A stretch of 64,000 nt of DNA from Takakia lepidozioides (GCA_030704615.1 CM060732.1:75268001-75332000), one strand, 5' to 3'; shown: positions 11,701 to 24,654, numbered from the stretch's first letter. Notes: generated by a model from the letters alone, not told the origin. Numbers and translations: made by a program.

Positions 11701-11908
11701 CAGTGAGAAGCTGGCCATTGGTTTTGGGCTGATCAGCACGGCCCCTAGGACACCTCTCCGTCTGATCAAGAATCTTCGTGTGTGTGGTGACTGCCACAGC
11801 TCCACCAAGTTCATCTCAAAGATTGTTGGCCGAGCAATTATTGTACGGGATGCTAACCGCTTTCACCACTTTGAAGATGGGGTCTGTTCTTGTGAGGATT
11901 ACTGGTGA
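8774..11908 (+). CDS. PLS-class pentatricopeptide repeat protein with E1/E2/DYW deaminase domain (organellar C-to-U RNA editing factor); long terminal exon
   Basis: Open frame of >1040 codons with P-L-S triplets, P2-L2-S2, E motifs (VWKALLGACRIHG), PG box PGHCCIEV, HSEKLA, CGDCH and terminal DYW. Confidence 0.95.
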   Translation: MHPRGPDFKHKITCNPLWISTMTTACQKGQREGVHNASSGPSGNVRMLCEAGQLKEALQTLNQGGISADSDTYVCLLHKCIKMKGLEAGKQVHAHIIQSGFKPNVFLHNTLVNMYVKCGSIMDAHQVFSRMPQRHLIMMAGFTKHGCDRNALETYEQMMREGVKPNQITFVCVSSACASLAALEKGKAVHGDIVKSGIVPDVILNNTLVDMYAKCGCIKNAKGVFDNMAERDVVSWNAMIAGYAQQRHGMEALETYEQMMREGVKPDHITFVSVCNACASLAVLEKGKEVHGDIVKAGIVPNVILNNTLVDMYCKCWCIEDAKGVFNNMAKRNVVSWSAMIAGYAQQGRGMEALETYEQMMREGVKPDHVTFVSVCNACASLTALEKGKEVHGDIVKAGIVPDVILNSTLVDMYAKCGCIEDAKGVFNNMAERNVVSWSAMIAGYGQQGRRTEALEAYEQMVQEGVKPNQITFVSVCNACASLAALEKGKEVHGDIVKAGIVADVILNSTLVDMYAKCGCIEDAKGVFENMAQRNVVSWSAMIAGYAQQGRGMEALETYEQMVREGVKPNHITFVCVCKACANLAVLEQGKDVHGDIVKAGIMPDVILNNALVDMYCKCGSIEDAKGVFDNMAERDVVSWTAMIAGYAQQRHGMAALETYEQMVWEGVKPNHIPLFCVCNACASLAALEKGKEVHDDIVKAGIVPDVILNNTLVNMYCKCGSIKDAKGVFDNLAKQDVVSWSAMIAGYAQHGCHREALQLFEGMQKEGLKPDSITFICVLSACSHVGLLYEGICYFDSLSQDHGVTPTVKHFGCMVDLLGRAGRLDEAEDLINKMPIKPDAVVWKALLGACRIHGNVEMAERAATSILKWDEQDAATYALLSNIYATGGRWDDSAKVRKMMMVRGIRKEPGHCCIEVGNRVHTFVVDDKLHPKIKEIHAELRRLSGEMKEAGYVPDTHFVLHDVGEEQNGFSLCHHSEKLAIGFGLISTAPRTPLRLIKNLRVCGDCHSSTKFISKIVGRAIIVRDANRFHHFEDGVCSCEDYW
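9190..11020 (+). repeat. About six near-identical 303-bp tandem units (one P-L-S triplet, 101 aa) within the PPR gene
   Basis: DNA-level repetition is visible; the antisense ORFs recur at exact 303-bp steps (9235, 9538, 9841, 10144, 10447, 10750). Confidence 0.95.
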
Positions 11909-13491
11909 AACAATGTTTCTCTTGAAAGGAGCAAGTGTCTTGCTTCATTCATTGATCTGTGTAGCAACTCAGTTCATCCACCATTGCCTGACCATGATGT
12001 ACTGTTGAGGGCATTTCCTGTTGCATGTCCACAGGAAATGATGGTGGGGTCTACCCAGCATAGGTGGGAAGTCACCCCATAATTGCACTTGACTGGAGCA
12101 GGTTATGAGTGAAAGGGGGTTTTGACCGACTCTGGTGATGGTGGAAGGAAATCAGTAAACATTGGATATCCCAAATTTGGCCCCAAAAACTTCTGGGCAA
12201 AGCTCTTGTTCCATCATGTCAGTTCAATTAATATCGATAAAACTACACCAAACTAAGGGATATGTGGAGAGTGAGAGGAAGCTCACTTGACTGCTCCTTG
12301 GCTGTGAGGGCATTGTCATCACAAGAACCACTAACGTTGGGTGGACCAAAAAGAGACAGATTTTTCCTGCGTAGTTTTTCCTATGTAGTGAGTTGTGGTG
12401 TGATGCTCAACTCTTGCACTAAGGGTGCGATTCTCCTTTCCTCATTAAGTTTTTGGTGGAAAGTAGCATGCAGATAGGATCAACAGGTCAAGAACTCTAG
12501 GATTCTCAATTCATCGCGCCCCTGTCACCCAAAATACTATCCCATCCCTAGAATACACCTTAAAAGTCTCTTCGTGCAGAAGATGTGACAGAATACTTTG
12601 ACAAAAGACCTTCCGTTTCTCCTTGAAGGAAGCCAGCCTAATGATGGGTGTGGAGGTCCAAGGGGCCACCTCTATTGCCCACAATACCGCAGGCATGGAC
12701 TCTGTGAGGTGACAAGATTGTCTAATAAAAAGTATTTGTGCAGCTTTAGTCATTACATTGCACATAAATAAGCTGACAGTACCTCCTCAGCTGTGGCATC
12801 AAATAGAGTAACATAGGTGCTGCATTCAATGATTCCGCTCCTACGCTGGTATCTTTGGTCAAGGTCCTCAGTGTGCACAATCCCTCTTTGAATTCAAAAT
12901 TCTAGGCTTGAACTCAGTTACAGTGAATAATAGCACCAGTGACAAAAAGCTACATGCTTTGAAGACAGCTCCGAGTTACTAGGCTTTCCCTCCAGCGCCT
13001 TAAGAGCTGCTACCAGCACTTGTGTTGAAATGTGTCTGCAAACTGAGCAACCTCTTTTCCATCCCTTGCTTCCATGTGACACCTGCTATCTCTTCCTACA
13101 ATGGAGGGTAGCTGCCATACATATGACAGAGTACACACTGCATTGCCATGGGAGGGGGGGCAATAGCATACGCAGACGTGACAATTCATAACGTTGAACA
13201 CCGGCCAAGAAAGGAGGACTTACAAGAGCAGCATTGAAGGAAGCCAACTCTGATACCAGGGACCCTGCTTGCATCGCCTGTCCAGCTGACTGGATCTCCC
13301 AACAGTCAGCGCCCAGGCTTCATTGGATCTATGCAGCTTCCCACGAACTATTTACCTTAAACACCAAACAAATACACTGCTGTCTGTGACCTCCGTGCAG
13401 AGCAAGTGATGGAGTGTCCGACCCGCCTGTGGCTTCCTCTCTGCCATCTCCCTCCCGATTTCACGCGCACATTTTCAGGGTTTCTATGTAC

Positions 13492-14305
13492 CAGCGTCCG
13501 GGAAATAATTTCATTTGAACCAGCCAGTAGCCGCTCATTCCCAGCAGCAATCGGCTAAGTGGGTTGGGCAGTCGGTTGCTGCCCCTTAGTGGTAACTATA
13601 CCCGGTCAATTTCCGGGATAAATTCTTTACAACCGGTAATATTCCTAATGATTTATTTTGTGTTCAGCTATAAATCCGGCCCTTATAAATATCAACCTGT
13701 TGACAACACAAGTGTCAAATGCACAACAATAAGTAAATAATAATAATAAGAAATAATCACAACCAGTTTTAAGCAATTCAAACAAGTGAAGAACATTGTA
13801 TCCTTATAGAAGCTGGACCTGTCAATGCCTTCAAACCACATGGAGGCCAAGAATTGAACCCGCGTGGACAGGTGAGCTGTGATAGCAGGCAACGAGTGCA
13901 AGCAGGCGTGGGGCTGGGGCTGCGAGAGCAACGTCCAGACTTAGTAGGGTTTGCCCGTGGGCCGCCCTCTTGAGTTCAATATTTTTTAACGTAAACGCCC
14001 TTCCTCGGATGTAACCCGGCCTAGCACGTTGGAATTCTGCCATGTGGCAGACTTCGACGGCCATTTCCGTTTTTTGTAATATAAAAAGGGCCGGAATCCG
14101 TCCAGGCCTTGCCAACTAAGGCAGATTTCCTGTCTGTAATGAAATGGAAAGGCAAATATCCTTCTTAAAAGTAGGGCACCCGGTTGATTTCCGCTTCGGC
14201 CATTTTCCCCCTCGGATCCATTTCCTGAGGTTTCATATTTCATTCGGAAATTCTGGAATTTAGTCGGCTAGCATGTAACTGGCTGCCGGTTCTCCCCGGA
14301 CGTTG
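13492..14305. mobile_element. Non-autonomous hAT-type element (814 bp)
   Basis: TIR CAGCGTCCGGG / CCCGGACGTTG; perfect 8-bp TSD CTATGTAC at 13484-13491 and 14306-14313; no transposase. Confidence 0.85.
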
Positions 14306-14571
14306 CTATGTACAAACTACAAAACACAAAAATAGGATACACACAAAGCACGGCTGGAAATAGTAAAAGGCTGGAAATAGTAAAAGGGAAGTGAATGGTT
14401 AGCCAAGAAGGTTGAAGTACCAGAATAGCAAAAGCAAGAGCGAGGCTTTTGACGTAAAGTCGGACGCATGGGTTTTTTCAGCGTCGACTTTCTATCCCTT
14501 CTTCTCTTTCCCCCAAGCTCCGTGTTAGGATCACAAGAACACAATTGGAGAGGTTTTGTCTCCTCCGCAAT

Positions 14572-15653
14572 ATGGAGGAGATTTGGAGCAGGCTCCCATT
14601 CGAGTTAGTGATGGTAGTGTTGGCCCTTTTGCCATATCGAAGTCTTGTCCGCTTTCAATCGGTTTGCAAGTTATGGAATTCTCTCCCATCGACCGCTAGT
14701 TTCCAACAACTGTGTCAGCAACTCCCTCTTCACGAAGACTCCCATCTCTTGTCTTTTGGCAGATGCCCACATGTTTGCATGTTGTATACCCCCACAACTC
14801 GACGCTGGCACAAAATCGGCCTGAAACTCCCGAAGGATAATTCAGTACATAGTGTTGCTGCTACAGATGGAGGCTTATTTCTTTGCACAACGGACAAGCG
14901 CTACGCTGACGTATCATGGATTGTTTTCAATCCTCTCTTGAACAGTTCCAGACAATTGCCTGCCCCTAACTCAACACATATCGGGTTTGTGGACAGGGTG
15001 CACTTGATTGTGGATAGACGCAGTAAGACCTACAAGATCATTGTGATATCACACATGGACGTCAGTGGGTCACCCTGGAGAACACACATGTATGACTCAG
15101 TTTGCGAGTGTTGGACCGAGACTGGAAAGATGCCGGCATGTGAATGGCGGTGGTGTTGGCGGTGTGATGGAAGCATTATATGTGGCCCTACCCTCTTTGC
15201 TCTGTTTCTTGGACCAAAGTATCCTTTGATGGCTTATGACATTGGTGCCGGTACGTGGACTAAAGTTGTTATACACACGGCTAAGTTTGGTGAAGATGGT
15301 GATATTGTTGCTCGAAGGCTTGTAGAGAGTGAGGGGCGCCTGTTTCTAGTTGGGGGTGCTCGTGGTGGAGATGGACGACTTCTGGTAGTAATATGGGAGT
15401 TCAAAGATTCTAACAAGACTGCAGAGTGGGTGGAGATTGCAAGAAGGGAGTTCGCAACAAGGGCCCACCTGTATCACTATTTTGAGGTGGTGAGCCTGAC
15501 AATCTCATATTCATTTGGACTGACAAACCCAATCCAGTTGTGGTGTATGACATGAAGCAACACACATGGACATCTGACTTACAAACTTGGACTATGGAAT
15601 GCCATCGTGTTAAGGGTTTTGCTAGCGGTCTTAGTTTAGGTGCAAAAGTCTAG
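14572..15653 (+). CDS. Intronless F-box / kelch-like beta-propeller protein, with an apparent frameshift near 15485
   Basis: F-box IWSRLPFELVMVVLALLPYRSLVRFQSVCKLWN; GGLFLC, VFNPL, YDS..W, AYD..W, LVESEGRLFLVGG motifs. The main ORF stops at 15555; a shifted frame continues with a typical C-terminus (VVVYDMKQHTW...GFASGLSLGAKV*) to 15653. Confidence 0.85.
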
Positions 15654-17059
15654 ACAAGTTTTTTTTTTTATTTGGCCCACTATGCAAAGGGTTTTGATGC
15701 TTAGCACTGATACTTGCGATTAAGCTCCGAGGATCGATACAGGTGTCACTAGAATATTCTGTCCGTATTTCTAATGAATGACATCCCTTGGATCAACAGT
15801 TTCATGGTCACAACAAGTTTTGTTTGGCCTTTTAAGTGTTGAGTTCAACTTCTTGTGCATGCCAATGAATGAAAGTCAATCGGATGTTACTTGCGTGCCA
15901 TCCGGGTGATTCTATTACTGCGATAGTTATTTATAGACACTCTGTAATCTTCCAGATTATTACTACCTGTTCATAAGTACTATATTGCATGTTTTCCATG
16001 CATTTGTTTTAAATAGTTTGGATCTAGAGTTGGTTAGTACACTGAGTGCCACCCACATGATTCTAGGGTCAAATCCTACTACCTTGACGGCCTCTTGATG
16101 GGTGTGGTATGTTGTATGTTCCAGTGTTGTGCTAAATCATTTACTGGGATTTATCTAGTGGATAAATTAGTGTAAGGGTAAATAACTTACCCAGGTTGGC
16201 CCATTTTATTTACCCTTACACGTCTTACCCTTTAGACGGATAAAGAATCTGAGATATCCTACAGACTATCCAGTGGACCCTCTGGATGGGCCCGGAGCTT
16301 ATGAGGTGACCCCATGGGTCGTCCTTATATCCTTATATGAAACCCCTCATATTAAAAAAAAAGAAAAAAAAAAGGAAAAAATAACCTTACGAAAGGCCAT
16401 AGAGGCTGATAGAGGAGACACTGCTCCAATATAAAATTAAAAGAGGCTCTAGGAGGCTGAGAGAGAGATGGAGATGTACGAGTTGAAAGAGAAATGCGAA
16501 GACAGGTGAGGATAAGAACTAGTGAGGAACTACATGTTGCCTCTCTTGCGCTTAGGCTCATTGAATTGAGCCTTGGATTTGCCCTTCCTAAAACTACGTC
16601 GATGACGCCAATGCACCTCTGATTCCTCAACATCCAAAGGAGAATGCCTGGTACTAATCGAACTTCAAGCGTGCAAAGGATGGGGTCATTCCATTCAATT
16701 CTCATGTTTAAATCACCATAGTATGGCATGTGTCGTTTGATCACATGCTCAACTATAAATAAGGTTTTTATTTTTATTTTTATTTTTTGTATCGGTAAGG
16801 TGGGAGGTAGTCCTCGAATTTTAGTAACATCCCCATGGGGCCACAAAGCAAACACACTATTTTTCATAAATATTTAGTGACAAAAAAAACTTGAAATTCA
16901 ATATCTCCCACATCGTAGATCCAAAAATTATGAAACCACCTGAATGCAAAGAGAAGCAAGATTCAATGATTGAGCTGAACATAAGAGAGCCGGATTCAAG
17001 AGCCATTATCTCTGTCGGAGCTCTATTGGGGGTGTAAAAGAAGAATATTGGCAAGGGTT

Positions 17060-17237
17060 TTTTAGGCGTAATAAAGAATCATTTGCATGGACTTACAAAG
17101 ATTTGAAGGGTGTCCCACCAACCATTTGCGAACAGCATATATTTTTGGAGGAAGGAGCAGTTCCGGTGAGATAGAGACAACACCGTTTGAACCCAAAATA
17201 TTTATTGTTGGTGAAGAAAGAATTGGATAAATTCTTT
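17060..17237 (+). mobile_element. Ty3/Gypsy pol fragment (region just before RT)
   Basis: Translates as RRNKESFAWTYKDLKGVPPTICEQHIFLEEGAVPVR*RQHRLNPKYLLLVKKELDK. Confidence 0.75.
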
Positions 17238-17410
17238 TATTAAGACCCTGGACGGAGGCCTTGCGGTTTGGGAGATCTCAGCAACGAAACAAAACAAAAC
17301 AAACAAAACAAACAAACAACCTTTCTTTGGTGTAGCTCCCACAGCATGGTATCATTGAATTTGACTAAGTATAAAATGTACTATGACGAAGTTAGACTAA
17401 ACATCAAGGT

Positions 17411-17571
17411 GATATGGGGTTTGTTCTTAGTGTCATTGCTTTCTTGCTTGGAGTATTTTCATTGTCTGTCACTTCTCGTATCATTGTGGCATCGACTTTC
17501 TAGTGTATTATGTTAGGAAGTGGTTAGATAACGATGTGTGTTGTAGCACGATGCTAACTTGGTGCACGACA
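17411..17571 (+). mobile_element. Diverged 3' terminus (end of A plus B repeat) of a relative of the 22643-31935 element
   Basis: TTGTTCTTAGTGT..ATTGCTT...TTTTCATTGTCT...TATCATTGTGG...AACGATGT.TGTTGT.GCACGATGCT...GGTGCACGACA aligns by eye with 31770-31935. Confidence 0.7.
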
Positions 17572-19363
17572 TGTCAATCATCCATGACTTCTCTCTTAAA
17601 TTGAATTAAAGGCCTTCTAATGGAATGTAGAGGAATCATATAAGAGTGACAGACTTAGCCAATTCCAATTCTCTGCCCAACGACAGATAAACAGGGGTTG
17701 CTTTTACAATCAAACAAGTCAAAGATTTTGATTGCAAACAGATTAGAGCAAAGCCAAGGTCACTAGCCCAACATAGAAAGACACACACTCCACGAAGTCG
17801 AAAAATCCAGCCTCTTTGCAGTCACAACCTCTGATATTGGCCAAGACTAATATCACCAATAAGAGATATTGATCCCCCAATCAAACAAGGACAATCCAAC
17901 ACAAGGGCCAGCTTGTAGTAGATGCAACACTGTGGACAACACAGAAGGAAGGGTGATACACTAAGAGCATGTCACATGCAGCCTTTAATACACAAAAGGT
18001 GTCACAGCTTGAACAATAGACAGAAGGAGCAAAAGCTGCATTGACCATCATTTCAATGTGTTCACAACACTTACTTCACATCCCAATAACTCATTGAATT
18101 TCATTTCGTTGTTAAGAATCCGTCCCAGTGTGCTCCCAACGCCACATCCGAGGGTCACCTGCAGACATAATCCTTGGTGCTATGATGTTGTCCCTGCAGC
18201 GCAAACAATGAAAATTGTACATCTAAGCATCTTCATCTCACCCTTGGGTTAGGCACTCCAATTCCTTGTAAACGCTTTGCAGTGGGCCATACCACATCGC
18301 ACATATGGGCACAAAACTGACATCTCCCATTGTCATACAGGGTTCCACCAATCCTGGTACGTTCGCAGCTTCTCACCATCCCAAAAGTTTCTTATTTCTG
18401 TTGGAGGTTGTAAAATACACTTATCCATCCACCGAGCCCTGTTCTGAATATTGACTAATTATGTTTATTTTACATGATTCTCTTCCCAATTTTGTTGAAG
18501 GAGAGTGGTTCTATGGCAGAGAGTGCACATAGCCCAAAACACCCGAATGACGACAATGTTGGAGGCAATTAGCAAAGAGCCGCTGGTGAAGTGTATGGTG
18601 GTGGAGAAGAATTGTCACTTATCCTAGGAGAATGCAATGAGATGCTCATATACGAACATTATCGTGAGTAGCTGAGAATAAAACGTGGTTGTTGGAATGG
18701 AACTCGAAGGGCAGTCCACAATAAGCCGTTGTTGTCTCCCTGCTCGAATAGTATACACGTAGTGCTCCCCTCCCTCCTTCATTGCTTAGCTCACAGACCC
18801 CGCTCCTCATTTGCTACCCTGCATTTGCATAGCGCTCACATCACTTCCTGGTCCAGCGTTGCTTCCATGCCAAACTTGCAGGTGTTTCCATTTTTCATAA
18901 ACGATGTCCCAAGAGCCCCTCGCAGACTGGCATGTCAGCAGTCTCGAGTTGTTATGGACACTAAGAGAGTGGTTAAAATTTACCCTAAAATTTCATAAGA
19001 AAAAACAAAAAAAACGACGTGTCCACATCTCATCTCCGCCATTGGATGGACATGGATCGCCTGATGCAGCCTGGGACTTGGACAACGTGAACTCCTGTCT
19101 CTCAATTTCTCTCTACTCACTCAGTTTATCGCGTTTATAGCTTTGAGGGCATAAATGGCTAGCGGTTTTTTTTCAATGACGCATGCGATTGTGGGAGAGT
19201 AGAGAGAAATTGATACCTCCGCGTACTGCCCGCTATGTGTGGAGTGGCCCAGTGCGAAGGCATAGTCGTTTGAGACACGCGACTCCTGCTCACATGGGGA
19301 TGCTGGAGAAGGAGTCGAACGACTTGGAGAGCAACTCGGAGGAGGATAGTGGAGTGACTCGTA

Positions 19364-19546
19364 TTTTTTTTTTTTAAAGGTGGACGCGTTGCCAAAGCAA
19401 GCGTAATTTATGGTGTCACTTGACCCAGAAGGGCTACTACCTTCTGGTAGGAAGGTTGACACCTTTGTAACAACCAACAGGGTGGTTTGAACCCACAACC
19501 ACTCGTAAGAGGGTATATGCCCTTACCACTGGGCTACATGTTGGTT
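19364..19546 (-). mobile_element. tRNA-derived SINE
   Basis: Minus strand: A box TAGCCCAGTGG, B box GGTTCAAACC, body AAGGTGTCAACCTTCCT, A12 tail; homologous to 49117-49237. Confidence 0.65.
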
Positions 19547-22500
19547 TAAATTGTTTAAGAAAAAAAAAAAAATCATGCGATTGAATTTACCCCATTGTCG
19601 ACGTGGCGGCCTAGGTGTACTGCACACATTATATATATATATATATATATATATAAGAGCTGTCGGGCGATGGACGACGGTGGCTATATATATATTTTTT
19701 GGGTTCGAGCGACCGCTGGGCGACCGTGGCCTTTTTTTTTTTTGGTTTCAGGTGGCCTCTGAACGACGGCGACGGTTGGAGCCTGGGGACGACCGTAGCG
19801 ATGCAATCTTTATTTATTTTTGGTTCGGACGACAACGACGATCGTCGCACCCTCACTATACCGACGGCGATGGTCGGGCGACCATGACGGCCATTTCTAA
19901 TACCGATTTTTTTTTTTTTTTCATAAGTGTAATTTTCGGAGGACGTGGGTCACACCTACGTGTCACACTCTGTACCCCCTGAAAATTACATTATTGACAC
20001 CTAAAACCGACATGACGTGATCGTCATTGACGCAGATGACGGGGATTTGGAGAGCCATTTAACTCATGACATGGTGTTGAATAATTTACTCCAGTAGTTA
20101 CCATTACTCCAGTCCATTGTCGTGTGGATGTTGACATGGCATCACCCAGTATTATCAATGACTGGACATAAAATCTGACGTGGCTATTAAACATTGGAGG
20201 TTCTACTGAGACACGTGTCTATTGTCAATGGTTTTGTTTTAGATTAATAATAGGATGTGACATAACAACAATATTATACTACTCAACTCACACATAATAT
20301 ATCAAACCACTATGTCAGTGGTCTAGCATTCCCCAGCAATGTACCCAAGGAGCCAGGGATCATTGCTGACGATGGGGACTCCATCATGGACAAAAGACAC
20401 AAATACGCCATAGGAAAGTGTTACACCTGCACCACAAAATACCCAAAATGTGGGGAAATGCTAGACCGTGAGTAGCTCACATGAGTAAAAAATTACCTGA
20501 GCATCAAACTGCTTACTCTAGGCTCACCATCAAAGCAAGGGGTCTATAACCGCGGACACCACAGCTACATAGGGCCTATTATCGCGGGTAGGAGATGTGA
20601 AAAACAATCATCCTCTCAGGTTTGGGGTTGCTACAAAATAAAGTGTGACACATGTTGCATGCCTACGACTGAGCTATCTAATGAAGTTCAAATTGTTGCT
20701 GGAGGGATTCCCTTCACTGGAAGATCCTTCTTTCTTGGACCGTCTTGTTGCACTTGTGGGGAGCTTTGAGTTTTCAGACGTCATGATGGGCAATGCCTAC
20801 GGTCAATGGTGTGTTAAATTAATGGTAACACCTCTTCTTCATGGCCTGCATCTGTGTTTCTCTATTTTGTTGTTGATGGTTTGTGTCCCTACATTTGACA
20901 TTAAGTTCTATGCCTCCATGCATTTCTGTGCTATTTTGTCATTGTGCACCATGGAACTCCAGGCCGATAGGAGATAGGGTAATGTTTGGTGGATCATATA
21001 AGAATTCCACCTTAAGCAGACAAAAATCTTAGTGGAATGAGGCACAATTGCTTGATTGGACACCTGCACTCGACCGCTTTTGAATGAGGACCAAGAGAGG
21101 GAATCAACAACAACTCTTCTAGCATTTGTGGGGATGTGAGTACACATGTAATGCAGGACATTTGACGGAGGTGCTGCACATTTTGAACCTTCAAGGCATA
21201 ATTGCTGCAGAATACTTACTCCTATCTCTTGCAAAAGTGCATCAGCATGAAAGGCCCAGCAGAGGGAGAGCTGGTGCACTGCCATATCATCAGAAATGGG
21301 ATTCAATCCACATTGACTCCCATCTCCTGGGAGAGATGGCTCATCATTTGTTGAGTTGGTTGCAACTCATCCGCCACGTCACTTTGTTCATTCTGCTGCA
21401 AACTCGGATTTGGTAGACAATTTACCTCATCCTCCCCTTGAGCTTCAACTGTACCGAGTAATGGATCCTTTTTCGTCGCCAGACCACGACAGTAGCACAC
21501 CTTCCTTTATCATTTTCTCATAAATCTCCAACCATATCAATACCCTCCTCCAAGTAAATATGATATCTAGTTCAGGCATTTTTATACATCCACTATGGTC
21601 CCGCACTTGGCATGCACGTTGACAAAGGTGTTGAGTAGAGAGATGTATCAGAAAGAGATCATGGAGGACTTCCAATGCGAAGGAGAAGAAATAATTCGTT
21701 GAATATTCCAACAGGAGGAAGCAGACATGGAATTGTCCAAGGTCATTATTGCACTCCTCAACAAGTCATACCACCTCCAGTAGACTCTTGGCCCGCTTTA
21801 GTTTCTGAGCCACCTCAAGAACAAGAAGCCACCACCAAGGAAGCCATGATGCTCAATACAATGAACAGAGCCTCCAACTTGCTAACAAACTACTTTAAGG
21901 ATTATGTACCCTTAAAGCAAGTGGACACTTTAAGGGTACATAATGGGTGGGTTCCTATAAGGTTGCCTGAAATGCGGCACCCTTTTCCTCTTTCACACTT
22001 GTTGTCTTGACCAAGAATGGAAAAAGGGCGTTGCATTTCCTTGGTCGAGACCCTTCCCAGTACCTTTTTCTCCGGGTTCTTCTAGGGTTGCCTGCGAAAT
22101 ACGACACCTTTTTTCTTCTTTCTTAGGTGGCTTCACACATGGGGAATTGCTGGTCACTAATTTCACGAGCTCCCTTGTTGTTAGGTTGATACGTACTAAT
22201 TTTTTGGGGGCAACAAATTCGAGGTGTGCATATTGTACTTGAAACTTCTTTCTTGAAAGTTTGTACTGTAAGAACTTGTATACATTCACAATCCCGAGGG
22301 TGCCACCAAGAGATATTCTTGTCCTTGGCTTTGAAGGGGCCATGAGCCCCGCAATGTGTAAACTTACTTGCAAAGTGTGGATGATGATGTTTGAATCTCA
22401 AGCCTTGAATTTCACATAGTTGCATCATCAGTCTGAGGTTCAACTTCATAAACTTCTGGTTAGCCTTCTTCAAATGACCTACATAGTTCTGTTCGCGGGG

Positions 22501-22642
22501 AATGATGTTGAGGTCCGCGCCAGTGTTGGGCGGGTATTACTGTTTCTAATACCAGCCGGGTCCGGGTATTGAAATGAAATTAATTTGCAATACCAGCCGG
22601 TTCCATAGTATTGAAAGATTCCCTTAATTTTAATACCTGCCA

Positions 22643-23062
22643 TGTCATGGTTTTAGTCATGGTTATCTAGAATTACCTACTTCTAGTTAACTAGGACATT
22701 TTAGATATTTATATTTATATTTTGTGTGTTGGGACTTCATTGGGTCTCACATGCCAAGTGAGGTGTCGAGCCTCACTTGGGACATGGGGATAGGTTTTCC
22801 CCTTGTGAGGATGGAGGAGGCTCATCTTCTTGTAGTTGAGCCTCCATGAGCTTCTCTCACCTCCATAGCTCTAGGTTTGAGAGGGAGTGTGTTGAGGGCT
22901 TTGTAGGGTGGATTCCCTTAGCAAGGGTGCCCTTGGCTTGACTTAGTTTATGTGATAAAGTGGATTTCACTTGGAAGGACTAGGGCTTGTTCTTAGTGTG
23001 ATTGCTTCATGCTTTAAGAGTTTTCATTGTCTTCCACTTCTTTCATTTCTCATCTCTTATCA
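22643..23062 (+). repeat. Terminal repeat A1 (LTR-like, 420 bp)
   Basis: Matches 31428-31847 with about 6 substitutions and one 1-bp indel by eye. Confidence 0.95.
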
Positions 23063-24371
23063 CTATAAGAAGATCACCTTATGCTTGTGAGTGCGGAGTG
23101 TAAGGATTAGTTTTGCACTTGTATGTTAAAGAGGTTGAGAGCTAGGAGAATTTAGCTCTTGTATCACAAGGCTTGCAAGGGGTTGCAAGGAAATGTACTC
23201 GAGTGTTGCATGCACTAAGGAGTTGGAGAGCTTGAGAAGAAAGCTCTTGAGTCACAAGATTTTGCAAGGATTGCAAGGAGGAAGTCTTGTGTGTGTGGAA
23301 GCATGGATTCTAGGGTTTGATAAACATTTGTATGCATTATGGAGTCAATGGTATGCGCTATGGCTTGTGGAGAGTGACTAAAGGCTTGTTAGTGCTCATT
23401 TCACTATCAAGCTAGGGTTAAGCAAGTTCAAAGTGTGGATGTTGTGGAAAAGAAGCCAAGGAGCTACATAGGCTTTGGGCTTGAAGACAACAAGGGCAAG
23501 TACTTGGAGAGTACTAATAAGCTCAAGAGGTTTTGAAAGGAAGCATGTGAAGAAATCTTCCAATCATAGTGGGGTGGAGCCAAGCTTTAAGGCGCCATTG
23601 GAAGGGCTTGGAGAACATATGGTGGGAAATCCTTGAAGGGAAATCATCATTCAATGTATGCATAGCTTCACCCTAACTATGTAATGTGACAAGAGGGGGA
23701 GGCAATACTTGGCTATTCATGCTCTTGGTAGTGCGAGCTTTGTGGTGGATAGTTGACCAAGCAAGTGGTGCATGTGTGGAGCATGCTCTCTTTGAGTTTG
23801 TAAGTTCAAGTTTGAGAAGGGGAGCTTTTGAACTAGCAAGAGGTGAAGGCCTTGAGATCCATTTGTGTGTGAAGTGGAGAGGTGTTGATTCATGTTATGA
23901 TGAAGGAGAGCAACAGATAGGCCAAGAGGTCATGGAACATGCATTCAAATGACCAAGGGGAGCACATGGATGATGGATTGGTGCAAGACCCCAAATGAGG
24001 CATATGGTGGGATCCAAGGCGGATTGCTTGGGAGCATTATTGTAAGTGACAAGCATCTGCTTCTACACATTGAGATAATTTGTGTTGATTTGGAGCAATT
24101 GTCAAGTGATGAGGAGACAAATGCATGATTGCTCGGCAATGGAGATATGGTAGTTTGTAATCAAATCCCAAGGACTAGAAGGGGGATTGATTTGGTGGAC
24201 AATGACTTGCAAGTTGAGTTGGACCACTCTTGGTTGCACATTGGGGTGGAAGAGAGCAAGAAGATGCCTCTTATGACCACCTAGAGACCATATTTTTGCT
24301 TGAGTAGAAGCATAGAAGTCAAGGACTTGCATTCTAGCTCTTCATTACAAACCCTAGTAGTGTATGCTCAG

Positions 24372-24626
24372 ACTATACCTCTGTTAGTATACCAAACAAG
24401 AGCTTGTCCCTTTGACTATACCTCTGTTGAGGTATCACCATATGTGAACCCTAATATGAGACTATACCTCTGTTAGTATACCAAACAAGAGCTTGCCCAT
24501 TTTACTATACCTCTGTTGAGGTATCACCATATGTGGACCCTAATCAGCTCAGACTATACCTCTGTAAAGGTATCATCAACATAAGGGACCCTAGCAACCT
24601 CAAACTGTACCTCTGTTAAGGTATCA
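24372..24626 (+). repeat. Six-copy hairpin-forming repeat array in the element leader
   Basis: ACT(A/G)TACCTCTGT at 24372, 24415, 24461, 24504, 24553, 24604; 89-bp higher-order dimer. Confidence 0.85.
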
Positions 24627-24654
24627 ACATTGAAAGGACTTAGTGAAATTTAAA

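Noticed and set aside
13248-13258. TGGTATCAGAG (tRNA-iMet primer-binding-like site) on the minus strand
   Set aside because: No adjacent LTR ending in CA or recognisable gag; insufficient support.
18130-18700. Possible LINE C-terminal remnant on the minus strand (EKLRTYQDWWNP...), and similar decay at ~12500-13000
   Set aside because: Too degraded to confirm by eye; needs tBLASTn.
20400-22400. Several short minus-strand ORFs suggesting a decayed gene
   Set aside because: No recognisable domain or consistent exon chain.
24372-24626. CRISPR-like appearance of regularly spaced repeats
   Set aside because: The spacers are themselves repeated (89-bp dimer), there are no cas genes, and the context is a eukaryotic retroelement leader.
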